A stretch of 63,447 nucleotides of DNA, counting the filler, from an uncultured bacterium (GTDB lineage Bacteria > Hinthialibacterota > Hinthialibacteria > Hinthialibacterales > Hinthialibacteraceae), in assembly GCA_964449065.1 (NCBI GenBank). It is 3 parts of 3 records of this genome, joined end to end, with 100 filler letters (N's around TTAATTAATTAA, not from the genome) between each part and the next. Parts side by side here need not be neighbours in the genome. Positions count along the whole stretch, not along the records: positions 42,844 to 63,447 come from CAYVAZ010000050.1; 2 more parts are not named here. One strand, given 5' to 3'. The notes under the pieces are model-generated. The model was not told where the DNA came from. It made no database searches and saw only the letters and a program-made list of their open reading frames with translations. Positions within the stretch are counted from its first letter, which is position 1. Every line of letters begins with the position of its first letter. Positions 45,752-56,343 of the stretch are shown here, piece after piece. Both the position numbers and the translations under genes were made by a program.

Positions 45752-47683
45752 TCATTCCATCGTTGTTTCTTTCTTAATCGGATTAAACTGCTCAAAATCC
45801 TGCACGGTTCCGTCATCCAACACGCACTGAATGATCTCTTTACCGATGGAATCCAAATCTGGACTTTCCAAATACGGTTGCAATTCCTGCTTAAAGAAAT
45901 CTGTCAACATCTTCGCGCCGGCATCATAACCGGTCAATCCGACTTCATCCTGCGTGTGCACCTGTAAAAACCAGTTGCCGATTTGCGCCCCTTCAAACAA
46001 AATACTTGTGAGGGTGTATCCCAATATTGGACAACGTGAATTTACCAACTGATCTTCCCGAAAACGAACACCGCCGCGTCTTGCCAAATAATCGCGGGCG
46101 ATCCATTGCGGCATAAAGCCGACCTTCCATGCACCAACATGCTGGTTCGGTGTTAGTGTGTACCCCGTGCTGGGTGTATTCCAAATCTGCCGCAATAACA
46201 GGTTGGCCTGGTCGACCCGGCGTCCCGTCGCGAACGGCCAATACGATCCCACCCCTTCGCTGCTCATCCCTTGTGAATCCGTAATGCTGGGGTTGGAAAA
46301 CCCACGGGGAGAAACCATCCGCCATACCCAAGCCAGTGAAGGTGGCAAAATATGCAGAATTCCTAATATCCCATAGGAAGGTTCTTCACGCGTACAGGGA
46401 GGCGTGCGTAATCCGAAACTGCGAATATCTACCCGTACCGGATTGTTCACGATATTCGGCATCATCCGCCGCGGCAAGATCACGCGGGGATTGGGACAGC
46501 GTTTTCCCGGCTCATCTTCAATATGCTCCCAAATCAAACATGTTGCATTTTCATGCGCCTCCATATTCAAAAAGATGATCGGTTCCGGCGGATTGGTGCA
46601 CAACCGTTCATAATTCGGATCGGTGCCGTATTTATCGATATGATTGACCCGCAAAAACCACGCGCTTTCCGCATCCGTTATCACCAAGCGTTTTGCCCCT
46701 TTTTGATACGATGGATGACACAACGCCATATCGTCGGTCACTGGCCTCAGGTCACAGTTTTGCGTTAAAGTAAGATAACGCCGCTTGCCATTCACTATAT
46801 TGTCACCCAAGATCAACCGGCCGTCATGCTCGCGGTGCGGGTGTTCCAGCATCTCGCTTTTTCCACTGCCGCTGGCCCCTTCGTGCATAATGGTCACAAC
46901 ATTATCGTACGGTGTAACAACCTGCACGGTTGACCCATGGGCGGTCAACCAACCTTCATCTTCCCCAATGGTTAGCAAAATCCCATACACACCTTTTTTC
47001 GCGCTCGGCCCCGGATACAAATTCAACGAAAACACTTCATGCAATTCATCCAGGCGGTTGTGAACGACAATCTGCCTCCCTTCACAATGCGTATGGCGGA
47101 ACGGCGGCGCCACATAGATAATGGCACGTGGTTTGAATCCATCCGGGATATCCACGGTCGCGATCATCCCCTGCAAATCGGCCAGCCCCGCCGCGAAAAA
47201 CGCCGCGTTTTTCGGGCAAACCATCATCGCGTCATACCCAACGTGTTCACTCGCCTCTCCTCCCGCGGTGAAAGGTATCAGGATTAAATCCTGCGTTTGC
47301 AGCCAATCCAACACTTCTTGACGGATGGGAGCGAATGGTTTGTCAAACCGGTCTTTATAACGGGGTTTGTCCGATGGATCGTCATCCGCAATCAACATGC
47401 AATCCGGATCCCGGCGCCGCATATACGGTTCCGGATAGTTCACTGCCACTCCGTTTTTGCAACGAATCACCGTCGCTTCGTTGACCAATCCTTTTCCGGC
47501 GACTTCAAATTCAACTTCAAGCCTTGTTTTGCCTGCCCCGCCTAATGACAGATCAATCAATTCTTGACGGTCCTTGGGAATCTCAACACTCTTCGCCGAA
47601 TCCAACATTGTCTTCACTTCTTCTGGCAATACAAAGGATAACCAAATAGATGCTGTTGTGTTAACCAAAACAATACCCTCCAT
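45752..47683 (-). CDS. DUF4914-family protein (PEP carboxykinase-like P-loop fold)
   Basis: KNG..VNY.E.YMRRRDP, YPGPSAKKG, HEGASGSGKSE, DDMA, CPNPRV. Confidence 0.85.
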   Translation of the reverse strand: MEGIVLVNTTASIWLSFVLPEEVKTMLDSAKSVEIPKDRQELIDLSLGGAGKTRLEVEFEVAGKGLVNEATVIRCKNGVAVNYPEPYMRRRDPDCMLIADDDPSDKPRYKDRFDKPFAPIRQEVLDWLQTQDLILIPFTAGGEASEHVGYDAMMVCPKNAAFFAAGLADLQGMIATVDIPDGFKPRAIIYVAPPFRHTHCEGRQIVVHNRLDELHEVFSLNLYPGPSAKKGVYGILLTIGEDEGWLTAHGSTVQVVTPYDNVVTIMHEGASGSGKSEMLEHPHREHDGRLILGDNIVNGKRRYLTLTQNCDLRPVTDDMALCHPSYQKGAKRLVITDAESAWFLRVNHIDKYGTDPNYERLCTNPPEPIIFLNMEAHENATCLIWEHIEDEPGKRCPNPRVILPRRMMPNIVNNPVRVDIRSFGLRTPPCTREEPSYGILGILHILPPSLAWVWRMVSPRGFSNPSITDSQGMSSEGVGSYWPFATGRRVDQANLLLRQIWNTPSTGYTLTPNQHVGAWKVGFMPQWIARDYLARRGGVRFREDQLVNSRCPILGYTLTSILFEGAQIGNWFLQVHTQDEVGLTGYDAGAKMLTDFFKQELQPYLESPDLDSIGKEIIQCVLDDGTVQDFEQFNPIKKETTME

Positions 47684-47868
47684 CGTTTTTGTAAGATAAA
47701 TCGTTCGTGACTGGTTTTAAAATTGCCTGTCTACGGTTCCATTCTACACGAAGTGCTTCAATGGGAAAATGGTTAATTCAGGTACAACTTGATCATCCTC
47801 TTTCTTTTTCTACGGAATACCAGCGCTGATCCAAACAAAAATAATTTATACTATTTCGAAAAAATTGC

Positions 47869-47896
47869 TTGACGCCCCGCCAAAACTGTGTAAAGT
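47869..47896 (+). promoter_or_regulatory. Putative sigma70 promoter of HU gene
   Basis: TTGACG-16 nt-TAAAGT; AAGGAG RBS downstream. Confidence 0.45.
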
Positions 47897-47948
47897 ATCC
47901 CAAAGTTAAATTACACTTAATTTAATTTACTGTTAAAGGAGCATACTT

Positions 47949-48248
47949 ATGAGCGTAGCAGTGAAAAAGCCAATGACAAAAAGCCAACTGGTTACCCACT
48001 TGGCCGAAAAAGTCGGAGTCACAAAAAAACAAGTCAGTGAGTTGTTCGATGAACTGGCTGCGGTTGGGTACAAAGAGGCCAAAAAAGGCTTCACCGTTCC
48101 AGGGTTTGGCAAGTTGGTTTTGGTAAAACGTAAAGCCCGAAAAGGCCGTAACCCAGCAACCGGCGAAGAAATTAAAATCCCCGCAAAAACGGTTGTTAAG
48201 TTCCGAATTGCAAAAGCATGCAAAGACGGTGTCTTAGGAACCAAGTAG
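47949..48248 (+). CDS. hup: HU-family DNA-binding protein
   Basis: MTKSQL, GFGK, RKGRNPATGEEIKIPAK..KF. Confidence 0.95.
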   Translation: MSVAVKKPMTKSQLVTHLAEKVGVTKKQVSELFDELAAVGYKEAKKGFTVPGFGKLVLVKRKARKGRNPATGEEIKIPAKTVVKFRIAKACKDGVLGTK

Positions 48249-48308
48249 TTTCGTAAAGACATTTTTTTTATGTATCATCCCGTTTGATTGTTTTAGACTT
48301 ATAAGGGG

Positions 48309-48333
48309 AGGGGCGTGTCTACGCCCCTTTTTT
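48309..48333 (+). terminator. Intrinsic terminator after HU
   Basis: AGGGGCGT-GTCT-ACGCCCCT-TTTTT. Confidence 0.8.
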
Positions 48334-48570
48334 ATTTTCCTATTTGCAACAAGACCTACTGGACCAGAATATGGCGTAACGTCAGTCAATCGTATTTGGA
48401 AAACCGGTAATATTATATTGTGTTTTCAAACCCGAATTTCCCTTTCGTTAGCCTTACTTCCATGATCCACTTCCTTCTGGAATTTCAATTCTAACAGATT
48501 TCTAATTTAGACATTGTAAATTCCGACTACAATACCATTGATATTCATGCGTCAAAATAATTGAATAAAC

Positions 48571-49659
48571 TTGAAAGGAACCATAGTGACAAAATATAGT
48601 TTGTTCTATGCACTCATTTTTTTTCACACGACCCTTACCTTTGCTTCAGAGATCAGCCTTTTGCAAGCATTCCATATCGCGGAAATCTACACCGCCCGAG
48701 TTGTCGATCATTATTCCATCCAACCCTACAACGGCGAAGATCATTATGTGCTCGAAGTTCCTGCGGAGAAATCACGCAAATTTGTATGGGTTCACAAACA
48801 AAACGGTCGCGTCGCGAAAATCAAATCTCTCGCGGGCGGCAAAACCTCTCTTGATTATCAATGGCCCGGTATTAAAGTCGTAGCCCATCGCGGCGGTGTT
48901 GGCCTGGGTGTTCCCGAAAATACCCTCCCTGCTATTCAAAAAGCAATTGCTATCGGAGCCCAACTCATCGAAATCGATATCCGCGAAACCAAAGACGGCC
49001 ATCTCATCCTCATGCATGATGAAACCGTCGACCGCACCACCAACGGCAGCGGCCGCGTCGATCAAATGACTCTGGAACAAATCCGTAAACTGGATGCAGG
49101 TTCCTGGCACAGCGAAGTGTTCAAGGGCACCAAAGTTCCAACGCTGGAAGAAGCGCTTGAATTGATGAAAGGAAAAATCGACCCGGATTTAGACTTCAAA
49201 GAAGGCAGCGTTGAAAAACTGGTTGCGGTTGTCAACAAAATCGGCATCGCCGGCCAATGCACCCATGCAGGTTCTTTCGAACGCAACCGCCAAATCCAGC
49301 AACTCGAACCCAATATCTTCATCCGCCCCACCATCAGCAAAACCGCGGATATCGCCGAAACCATCCGCACCCTATGGCCGCCACTGCTAAACATGAATTG
49401 GCAAGCGGTTACAGAAGAAAATATCCGCCGCACCCACATCCTCGGTTCAACAGCCTTCGTAAACTGTCTTGCCTCCGCCGACACTCTCTTATACGCTGAA
49501 ATGGCCGCGAAAGCAGGCGCCGATTACATCCAAACCGATTACCCCGATAAAGTGATTGAACTCTTAAAGGATATGGGACTGATGTATGACAAAAACAAAG
49601 ATATCACCGGACGCATTTATCCGTTAGCAAACCGTGAACTCGGTTACCCTCTTCGGTAA
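48571..49659 (+). CDS. Glycerophosphodiester phosphodiesterase with N-terminal extension
   Basis: AHRG, PENT, EIDI..TKDG...LMHD, DRTT, PTLEE, IQTDYP. Confidence 0.92.
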   Translation: MKGTIVTKYSLFYALIFFHTTLTFASEISLLQAFHIAEIYTARVVDHYSIQPYNGEDHYVLEVPAEKSRKFVWVHKQNGRVAKIKSLAGGKTSLDYQWPGIKVVAHRGGVGLGVPENTLPAIQKAIAIGAQLIEIDIRETKDGHLILMHDETVDRTTNGSGRVDQMTLEQIRKLDAGSWHSEVFKGTKVPTLEEALELMKGKIDPDLDFKEGSVEKLVAVVNKIGIAGQCTHAGSFERNRQIQQLEPNIFIRPTISKTADIAETIRTLWPPLLNMNWQAVTEENIRRTHILGSTAFVNCLASADTLLYAEMAAKAGADYIQTDYPDKVIELLKDMGLMYDKNKDITGRIYPLANRELGYPLR

Positions 49660-49660
49660 T

Positions 49661-49799
49661 TAACGATACTCCGGCAAAAAGTAAAATGGACAATAACACG
49701 ATGGCGTATATTGTGGAGCAGGCATCTTGCCCGCATAGTATATAGTAGCAAGTTGGAAGCCTGCACTACAATAATTGACTTTTTACCGGCTCGTCATTA
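49661..49799. repeat. MITE-like shell with REP doublet between convergent stop codons
   Basis: Inverted ends 49661-49682 / 49778-49799 (16/22); inner ATTGTGGAGCAGGC..GCCTGCACTACAAT. Confidence 0.65.
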
Positions 49800-50483
49800 A
49801 TTGCTAAGCGTCTCGCTCTTTTCATACGCTTGTTGCCGGATAGAAAAATCCCGATCTGTCGTCATCATCCATTGGTCAAATTCAAAACCGTCTTCCCGCA
49901 TCGAAAACTGGATGGTATGAATGCCGGGTTCCTTGATTTCCAAAAAGATTTTATACGGCTCGCCGCAATGGTTTTCTTGCGTACGTTGTTTGCTCTCCCA
50001 ACGCCAAGAATTTTTCCCTTCACACCACTGCATCCGCTGACCCGATTCCGGCCACTCACCGTTCAGTCCCACATGAATCCCATTGTCTTCAGTGGTAGTA
50101 GAATACGCTCTCACCCATACGTAATATCTGCCAGGCGTTTGGATTTGTACTGGATAACTCAATACCCCAATCGTACCAGGCTCATTCGAAAAATTCTCCC
50201 CACGAATTAATTGGTTATCATGCGTACGGCGGGTATCAGGCAAAATCTCCAAATACGCTTTTCCACTCGCCGTCTCAAAATGCGGCGCATCCCCATCCGG
50301 CTCCACTTCTGGCACCGACCCCTCCGTGACTACATACCATTTTCTTACATCGTCCTTCTCTTGTTTCAAAAAATGTTCCGCTTCCACAACAACCTGTCCG
50401 TTTGTCTCGACAAAAACCGGTTCATCCGCTTGCGCAGATATACCAAAATACAAAGTCAGCAGGAACAAAAACCGATATCCCAT
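49797..50483 (-). CDS. Secreted beta-sandwich (CBM/GH115 C-terminal-like) protein
   Basis: Signal peptide; F.E..G.VV.EAE, G.YYVWVR, H.....MREDG.EFD. Confidence 0.7.
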   Translation of the reverse strand: MGYRFLFLLTLYFGISAQADEPVFVETNGQVVVEAEHFLKQEKDDVRKWYVVTEGSVPEVEPDGDAPHFETASGKAYLEILPDTRRTHDNQLIRGENFSNEPGTIGVLSYPVQIQTPGRYYVWVRAYSTTTEDNGIHVGLNGEWPESGQRMQWCEGKNSWRWESKQRTQENHCGEPYKIFLEIKEPGIHTIQFSMREDGFEFDQWMMTTDRDFSIRQQAYEKSETLSN

Positions 50484-50516
50484 CGTATCTCCCTTGCATA
50501 ATTACACGGTTTCAAC

Positions 50517-52022
50517 TCACAATTGCACGCATACCGCTTTCTTTTCCGTATACAAATTCAAGACATCGTGTCCCATCTCTCTTCCCCAACCGGATTGTTT
50601 ATATCCGCCAAACGGCAAAGAGGCATCAAAAATGTTATAGCAATTAATCCAGACAGTACCCGCGCGAATTTGAGACGCCAGCCGGTGCGCTTTACTGATA
50701 TCCTTGCTCCAAATTCCGGCTGCCAGTCCATAAATCGATTCATTCGCCGCTACTTGAATCTCTTCCATATTTTTAAACGGCATGGCGGTTACAACCGGAC
50801 CAAAGATTTCTTCTTGCACAACTTTCATGTTGGAATCGGTGTTGGTTAACACGGTCGGTTCCACAAAATAGCCTTGTTCTCCATACCGTTTTCCACCACA
50901 AACCGCTTCTGCGCCTTCATTTCGGCCCGCGTCCAAATAGCCGCATACCCGGTTCAATTGTTCATCCGAAACCAACGGCCCCATATCGGTATCCTCATTC
51001 ATTCCAGGCCCTAGTTTAATTTGCTTCGCCGCGTCCGCGACTCCATTCACGACATCATCAAACACGGAATCCTCTACATACAAACGGGAACCGGCGCAGC
51101 AGCATTGACCATGATTAAAAAAGATCGCGTTGGCAGCCCCGGCAACAGCCGCGTCCATGTCCGCGTCCTTAAAAACTACATTGGGAGATTTTCCGCCCAA
51201 TTCCAAAGTCACTTTCTTCAAATCGTTCGAAGCCGCCTGCACAATCTTTCGTCCCACTTCCGTTGATCCGGTAAACGCGACTTTATCCACTCCCGGATGA
51301 GCAGCCAAGGCGGCACCCGCCGTCTCACCATAACCGGGAACAATATTCACGACCCCATCAGGCAGCCCGGCTTCGCACATTATTTCACCCAACCGAATAG
51401 CCGAAAGCGGTGTTTGTTCAGCCGGTTTTAACACCACACAATTGCCGGCAGCCAAAGCCGGGCCCAGCTTCCACGCTGCCATAAGCAATGGAAAGTTCCA
51501 CGGAATAATTTGTCCCACCACCCCGACCGGTTCCCGCTGAGTATAGGCTAAAAATTTTGAACCGGGCGCGTACGGAACTGAAATCGGGATGGTATTCCCT
51601 TCCAATTTCGTCGCCCAGCCAGCCATATAACGAAATAGATCGACTGCCAAAGGCACATCTGCGGCACGGGCAACCGCTAAAGGTTTGCCATTGTCCAATG
51701 ACTCCAATTCCGCGAATTCTTCTAAATGCTGCTCGATTAAATCGCCGATTTTCCAAACAATTTTTCCGCGCTCAGAAGAGGTGAAATCTTTCCAGGGGCC
51801 GTTTTCAAAAGCGTTGCGCGCCGCGGTGACCGCTTTCTCAATATCCTCTTTCTCTCCTTCGGCAACACGCGCGATCTCATTGCCTGTTGCCGGATCATAA
51901 ACCGGAAAGGTTTTTCCGGATGATGCGTTAATCCACTCTCCATTGATCAACATCTTTTTCGGTGACGCAATAAAATTTTGAACACTTGAATCCAACGCAT
52001 AATCGATTGGGGCACTAACCAT
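50517..52022 (-). CDS. NAD-dependent aldehyde dehydrogenase
   Basis: PWNFP, FTGSTEVG, LELGGKSP, GQCCCAG, EEIFGPV, PFGGYKQSG. Confidence 0.97.
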   Translation of the reverse strand: MVSAPIDYALDSSVQNFIASPKKMLINGEWINASSGKTFPVYDPATGNEIARVAEGEKEDIEKAVTAARNAFENGPWKDFTSSERGKIVWKIGDLIEQHLEEFAELESLDNGKPLAVARAADVPLAVDLFRYMAGWATKLEGNTIPISVPYAPGSKFLAYTQREPVGVVGQIIPWNFPLLMAAWKLGPALAAGNCVVLKPAEQTPLSAIRLGEIMCEAGLPDGVVNIVPGYGETAGAALAAHPGVDKVAFTGSTEVGRKIVQAASNDLKKVTLELGGKSPNVVFKDADMDAAVAGAANAIFFNHGQCCCAGSRLYVEDSVFDDVVNGVADAAKQIKLGPGMNEDTDMGPLVSDEQLNRVCGYLDAGRNEGAEAVCGGKRYGEQGYFVEPTVLTNTDSNMKVVQEEIFGPVVTAMPFKNMEEIQVAANESIYGLAAGIWSKDISKAHRLASQIRAGTVWINCYNIFDASLPFGGYKQSGWGREMGHDVLNLYTEKKAVCVQL

Positions 52023-52120
52023 GATTCTCCTCCTCAAGCATCTTCAACATCTTCGATACATAATCAATAACATCTTTTCATAGTTGTATATCGTTTGTCA
52101 ATCGAATCATGAAGATTTGG

Positions 52121-52339
52121 TTACGGTTTCTGAATCGAATCTTTCATCCTGATATCCGCGCCGTTAAACTCCTCTGAATCGGTATAATACAAGGCGGATG
52201 CGTCAATATTATATTTGATGGTATGCTCTTGGATCTTCCGAACCGGCTCAATGGACTCCAATATCGGAGCAACCCAAAAAACAAACACCCCAATCCCAAC
52301 AATAAAAAACGCTAACGGAAATACTTTCTTGTATAACAT
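52121..52339 (-). CDS. Small membrane protein downstream of YeiH-type exporter
   Basis: One TM helix then IDASALYYTD. Confidence 0.6.
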   Translation of the reverse strand: MLYKKVFPLAFFIVGIGVFVFWVAPILESIEPVRKIQEHTIKYNIDASALYYTDSEEFNGADIRMKDSIQKP

Positions 52340-52380
52340 TTTATATAACGTGCAATATTCAAAAGAATGACAACTCATCC

Positions 52381-52408
52381 TATTCTCTATTCTCTATTCT
52401 CTAATCCC
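52381..52408. repeat. Heptamer tandem repeat (TATTCTC)x3 plus degenerate unit
   Basis: TATTCTC TATTCTC TATTCTC TAATCCC. Confidence 0.8.
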
Positions 52409-54159
52409 TATATTCTCGCCGTAATATCCGGGAAAATCAGATAGAACATGATATACGCCATGATCAGTGTTAAAATCAAATTCAATGTTTGGCCGCATAC
52501 ATATAAGATCAACGGTTTGCCGCCGACAAAATATTTTTTTAACTCTCGAAAGTCGGTTGCCAAACCGATACTCACAAACGCCAGGCAAAAGAACCATCCC
52601 CGAAAGTTCTTGGTAAATCCGCGAATTACCCCGTTATCAATCAGCGTATACCCAACATCGCTGCCCAGCCATTGATACAATGCCGACATCACAATCGAAG
52701 CGCCAATAAATCCAATCACAAACTTCGGGAACCGGTACCAGATTTCCCAAGCGCTTACATCCGTTCCTGCTTTCCGTTCCACATAATAACACCAATACAG
52801 CGCGACACAAAACGCGATTAAGCCAATCAAAATATTCTGAATCATCTTAATCGTTGCCGCGACATACAACGCTTTGTCACTTAAAAACGCTCCGGCCGCG
52901 GCCACCGCTCCGGTTGCGTCAACCGTCCCGCCGATCCATGCCCCGCCCAAAACATGATCCATCCCCAAAGCCAGGATCACATTCGGCAGCACAATCATCA
53001 TAATCGATGTAAATACCAGCGACATTCCAACCGCGAGGGTCAATTCTTCCTTCTTCGCTTTACATGCCGCCGCGGTCGCAATCGCCGCCGAGACCCCGCA
53101 TACCGACATATCCGCGGATACTGTGATATTCAGTGTCTTCGATTGAATCTTCAGAATATGCTGTCCAAACCAATAAGTGCTGACCAACACCACTGGAGTC
53201 ACCACCCATGCCACAAATATACCGGGAACACCGATCGATAAAATCTTTCCAAACAATATCTCCGCGCCTAATATCACCAATCCGGTCTTAATGTAATATT
53301 CCGTCTGCACCGCGGGCATCACCCATCGCGGCGTACCAATGGTATTGCTGATCATCAGGCCAAACACAATCGCCCATGCCGCATAGCCAATCCCCAACGC
53401 CTTCATCGTCGCTTGGGCGGAAAACAAATACGCCAGCACCGCGATCAAAAACACAAACACAAATCCTTGGCAGAACCGGGGAAAAGAACGCCCCATGCCA
53501 AACGTTCCCACCCCAAACAAGACCATAAAAAACACACCCAATCCAATCATATAAGGGAGGTGGTTATAACCCTTAACTTCCGCCCTCTTTTTGAATGAAG
53601 CTTCCGTGCTTTTTGCCTCCCTCCACTCTTGGATAGCCGCCGCCGCGTCTTGATTCAGTGACTCATTCTCAAAATCCGCCGCGCGTGCTCCGTTCTCAGC
53701 AACACGCGCTTGCTGCAGAAGATTCTGTGTCCGTTCCTGCGCTTCCACGTATTTCTCTTGGGCAGTCTGTATCGCTTCACTATCGGGATCAGGGGTATAA
53801 ACAAAGGCCTTTACCGGGTTTTGCTTCCAAGTTGAAGGAGTCCCCAACCATTTCGAAAGTTCATTCCCGATATCGCTGTCCGAAGCCTTCAACTTGGCTT
53901 TCGCGTCACTCGCTTGATACCAAGCAATCGTCTTAAACGCAGCCTCTTCCGTCTCTTGCCGCATGGCCGCGTTGGACTCCGCTATCGTTGCCCGCATTCC
54001 ATCCGGCGCTTGGTTAAAAAATATCAGCACCCCGCAAGCGATGATCAATCCACCCAGCCAAACCGCCCAATAATCCTCTGTCTTGTATAATTCAGACCAT
54101 TTGCCTTGAATGGATTCAGAATGTACTCCATCTTTTTTTCTTTCATTTTCATTCATCAA
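52408..54159 (-). CDS. YeiH / putative sulfate exporter family transporter (long form)
   Basis: EDYWAVW, EYYIKTGLV, SVCGVSAAIA, GGTVDATG, RFPKFV. Confidence 0.92.
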   Translation of the reverse strand: MMNENERKKDGVHSESIQGKWSELYKTEDYWAVWLGGLIIACGVLIFFNQAPDGMRATIAESNAAMRQETEEAAFKTIAWYQASDAKAKLKASDSDIGNELSKWLGTPSTWKQNPVKAFVYTPDPDSEAIQTAQEKYVEAQERTQNLLQQARVAENGARAADFENESLNQDAAAAIQEWREAKSTEASFKKRAEVKGYNHLPYMIGLGVFFMVLFGVGTFGMGRSFPRFCQGFVFVFLIAVLAYLFSAQATMKALGIGYAAWAIVFGLMISNTIGTPRWVMPAVQTEYYIKTGLVILGAEILFGKILSIGVPGIFVAWVVTPVVLVSTYWFGQHILKIQSKTLNITVSADMSVCGVSAAIATAAACKAKKEELTLAVGMSLVFTSIMMIVLPNVILALGMDHVLGGAWIGGTVDATGAVAAAGAFLSDKALYVAATIKMIQNILIGLIAFCVALYWCYYVERKAGTDVSAWEIWYRFPKFVIGFIGASIVMSALYQWLGSDVGYTLIDNGVIRGFTKNFRGWFFCLAFVSIGLATDFRELKKYFVGGKPLILYVCGQTLNLILTLIMAYIMFYLIFPDITARI

Positions 54160-54271
54160 AATACCCTACCCACATATTTTAAGCCATTTCTATTTTTGTG
54201 AATATTTCACATTTGGGAAGAGCCAGAATAAGCTCATACCAATTGAACTATTTTGTTAGATGCTAAATTTA

Positions 54272-54331
54272 CTAAGTCAAACGCAAGACCTAACGTCTTC
54301 TTCGTTTTGAGAAGATAAGAGATGAGGGTGA
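54272..54331 (+). repeat. Degenerate internal fragment of family C element
   Basis: CTAAGTCAAACGCA..CGTCTTCT..GAGAAGATAAGAGATGAGGG matches 21211-21269. Confidence 0.75.
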
Positions 54332-54445
54332 ACAGAGAATAGCGAAACCTAGTCCTCCCCCCGCTTCTTGACATCCATTAACTCGATATTTACCGTGTTT
54401 TATGACTTGATGATCCATTGCCAATTATATTCAGGGGAAACCACC

Positions 54446-55963
54446 ATGCCGCAACAAATCCTTCTTGCCATCGATATCGGCGCCACCAGCGTCAAAACCG
54501 GAGCGTATTCCTTCAAGGGAAAACTTCACGCCGTCGAATCAGCGCTTAACGGCCCCAAACCGCAGCCCGACTCCCCCCCTGAGTGGCGCATCTGGGATGT
54601 TGAAGAAATGTGGCAATCCATCTGCCAATGCTCGCAAACGGTTATATCGAAATTGGATAACGCGGAAATCAAAGGAATCGCCGTAACCGGCTTTGGCACC
54701 GACGGCCTCCCCATGGCCAAAGACGGCACCATCCTCTACCCCTGCATCAGTTGGCACTGCACCCGCACCGTCCCCCAATCCAAACGCGTCGCCGAAACCA
54801 TCGACGCTAAAGAACTCTACCGCATCACCGGATACCACAACTACCCCATCAACACTCTCAACCGCTTCCTCTGGCTGCAAGAAAACGCCCCCGATGCACT
54901 CGAAAATGCCGACTACTTTCTACACGTGCAGGATTACATCGTCTACAAACTCACCGGCATCTTCAGCACCGAATGCACCATGGTCTCCACCGAAATGACG
55001 ATGGATGTCTCCCAGCGAACTTGGTCAAAACCGCTGTTGGAAAAATTCGGCCTCTCCACCCATTTCCTCAGCCCCCTGTATGAATCCGGCAGCCCGGTCG
55101 GCCCGGTCACTTCCAAAGCCGCGCAACAATCCGGCATCCCCGCGGGCAGCATGGTCGTCACCGGAGGACACGACACCGAAATGGCCATCCTCGGGGCCGG
55201 GATCGATTCACCCGAAACCTTTCTCGATATCAACGGTACTTGGGAAATTCTCATGGCGGTCACCGACCGCGTCGCCCCTGCCGATGAAGACTTCGGCTGC
55301 GGGCTTGATTGGGAATGCCACGCCATCCCCGGCTGGTGGAACTGCCAAGCCCTCATGCTCGCCGGAGGTGTCATCGAATGGATACGCGATCAGTTCTACC
55401 GCAATGAAAACGAAGCCTACACAGCCATGATGGCTGAAGCCGAACGCTCCCCCCTCGGCGGCAACAACCTCGCCATCATCCCCGCGTTTGTACGCGGCAT
55501 GGGACCGTCACAGGCCTATGATCCCTCCGGGGCCATCTTGGGAATCACCACCCAAATCACCCGCGAGGATATCGCCCGCGCGACATTTGAATGCCTGAGT
55601 TATCAGTTTTATCAGCAGATTGAAAACATCGAACGCAGTTTGGGAACCAAAGCCAAATCCGTGCGCGTCACCGGAGGCGGGCAAAAGAATCCCTTCTGGA
55701 TGCGGATGAAAGCCGATGTCAGCGGCCGCGCCCTGGATGTCTTGCAGGACGTCGAATCCACCATGCTCGGAGCCGCCATCCTCGCGGGCCTCGGCGCCGG
55801 AGTCTACAATAACTTGGAAGAAGCCCTAAACACCATCCAAATCCCCACCGAAACCATCGAACCCAACATGGATTTACATAAGCAATATCAAGACAGATAT
55901 CACAACGTAGTATCCAAACTCCCACTACAGATGGAGAATGTCTTTTCAACCCTCTTGAAGTGA
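54446..55963 (+). CDS. FGGY-family carbohydrate kinase
   Basis: AIDIGATS.K, ISW...RT, GGHD, GTWE, GGG..N..W...KAD, GAAILAG. Confidence 0.93.
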   Translation: MPQQILLAIDIGATSVKTGAYSFKGKLHAVESALNGPKPQPDSPPEWRIWDVEEMWQSICQCSQTVISKLDNAEIKGIAVTGFGTDGLPMAKDGTILYPCISWHCTRTVPQSKRVAETIDAKELYRITGYHNYPINTLNRFLWLQENAPDALENADYFLHVQDYIVYKLTGIFSTECTMVSTEMTMDVSQRTWSKPLLEKFGLSTHFLSPLYESGSPVGPVTSKAAQQSGIPAGSMVVTGGHDTEMAILGAGIDSPETFLDINGTWEILMAVTDRVAPADEDFGCGLDWECHAIPGWWNCQALMLAGGVIEWIRDQFYRNENEAYTAMMAEAERSPLGGNNLAIIPAFVRGMGPSQAYDPSGAILGITTQITREDIARATFECLSYQFYQQIENIERSLGTKAKSVRVTGGGQKNPFWMRMKADVSGRALDVLQDVESTMLGAAILAGLGAGVYNNLEEALNTIQIPTETIEPNMDLHKQYQDRYHNVVSKLPLQMENVFSTLLK

Positions 55964-56145
55964 AATATGGTTTATTTTATTGTAAAATATGAAGATGAAA
56001 CGTTTTGATATTAAAACAACAGGAAAGCAGTTGATTTTATATTGAAATATATTGAAATTATGTATTCTTTTTTCAATCAAAATGTCCGTACCAGTATATT
56101 GCAATCGTGTTATAATAGAGATTGAGAATGAATAAGGGTAAAAAA

Positions 56146-56343
56146 ATGACAAAAAAATCGACCCCATCAAAAAACGGTTTCAGTTCAAGTGACATTAAGA
56201 ATAAAGTGAGTGAAAATCTCTGTTCCGAAACACATGAAAAAGAAAAACGTCAATTCAAAGAAGAGTTTGATTCACTGAAAAAATATGTTGAAAGCGAATA
56301 TGAAAATGGGGCCAAAATTACAAAGCACAAAATATCTTTATGA
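56146..56343 (+). CDS. Small AT-rich hypothetical protein overlapping next gene
   Basis: AAGGG RBS then MTKKSTPSK..GAKITKHKISL. Confidence 0.55.
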   Translation: MTKKSTPSKNGFSSSDIKNKVSENLCSETHEKEKRQFKEEFDSLKKYVESEYENGAKITKHKISL

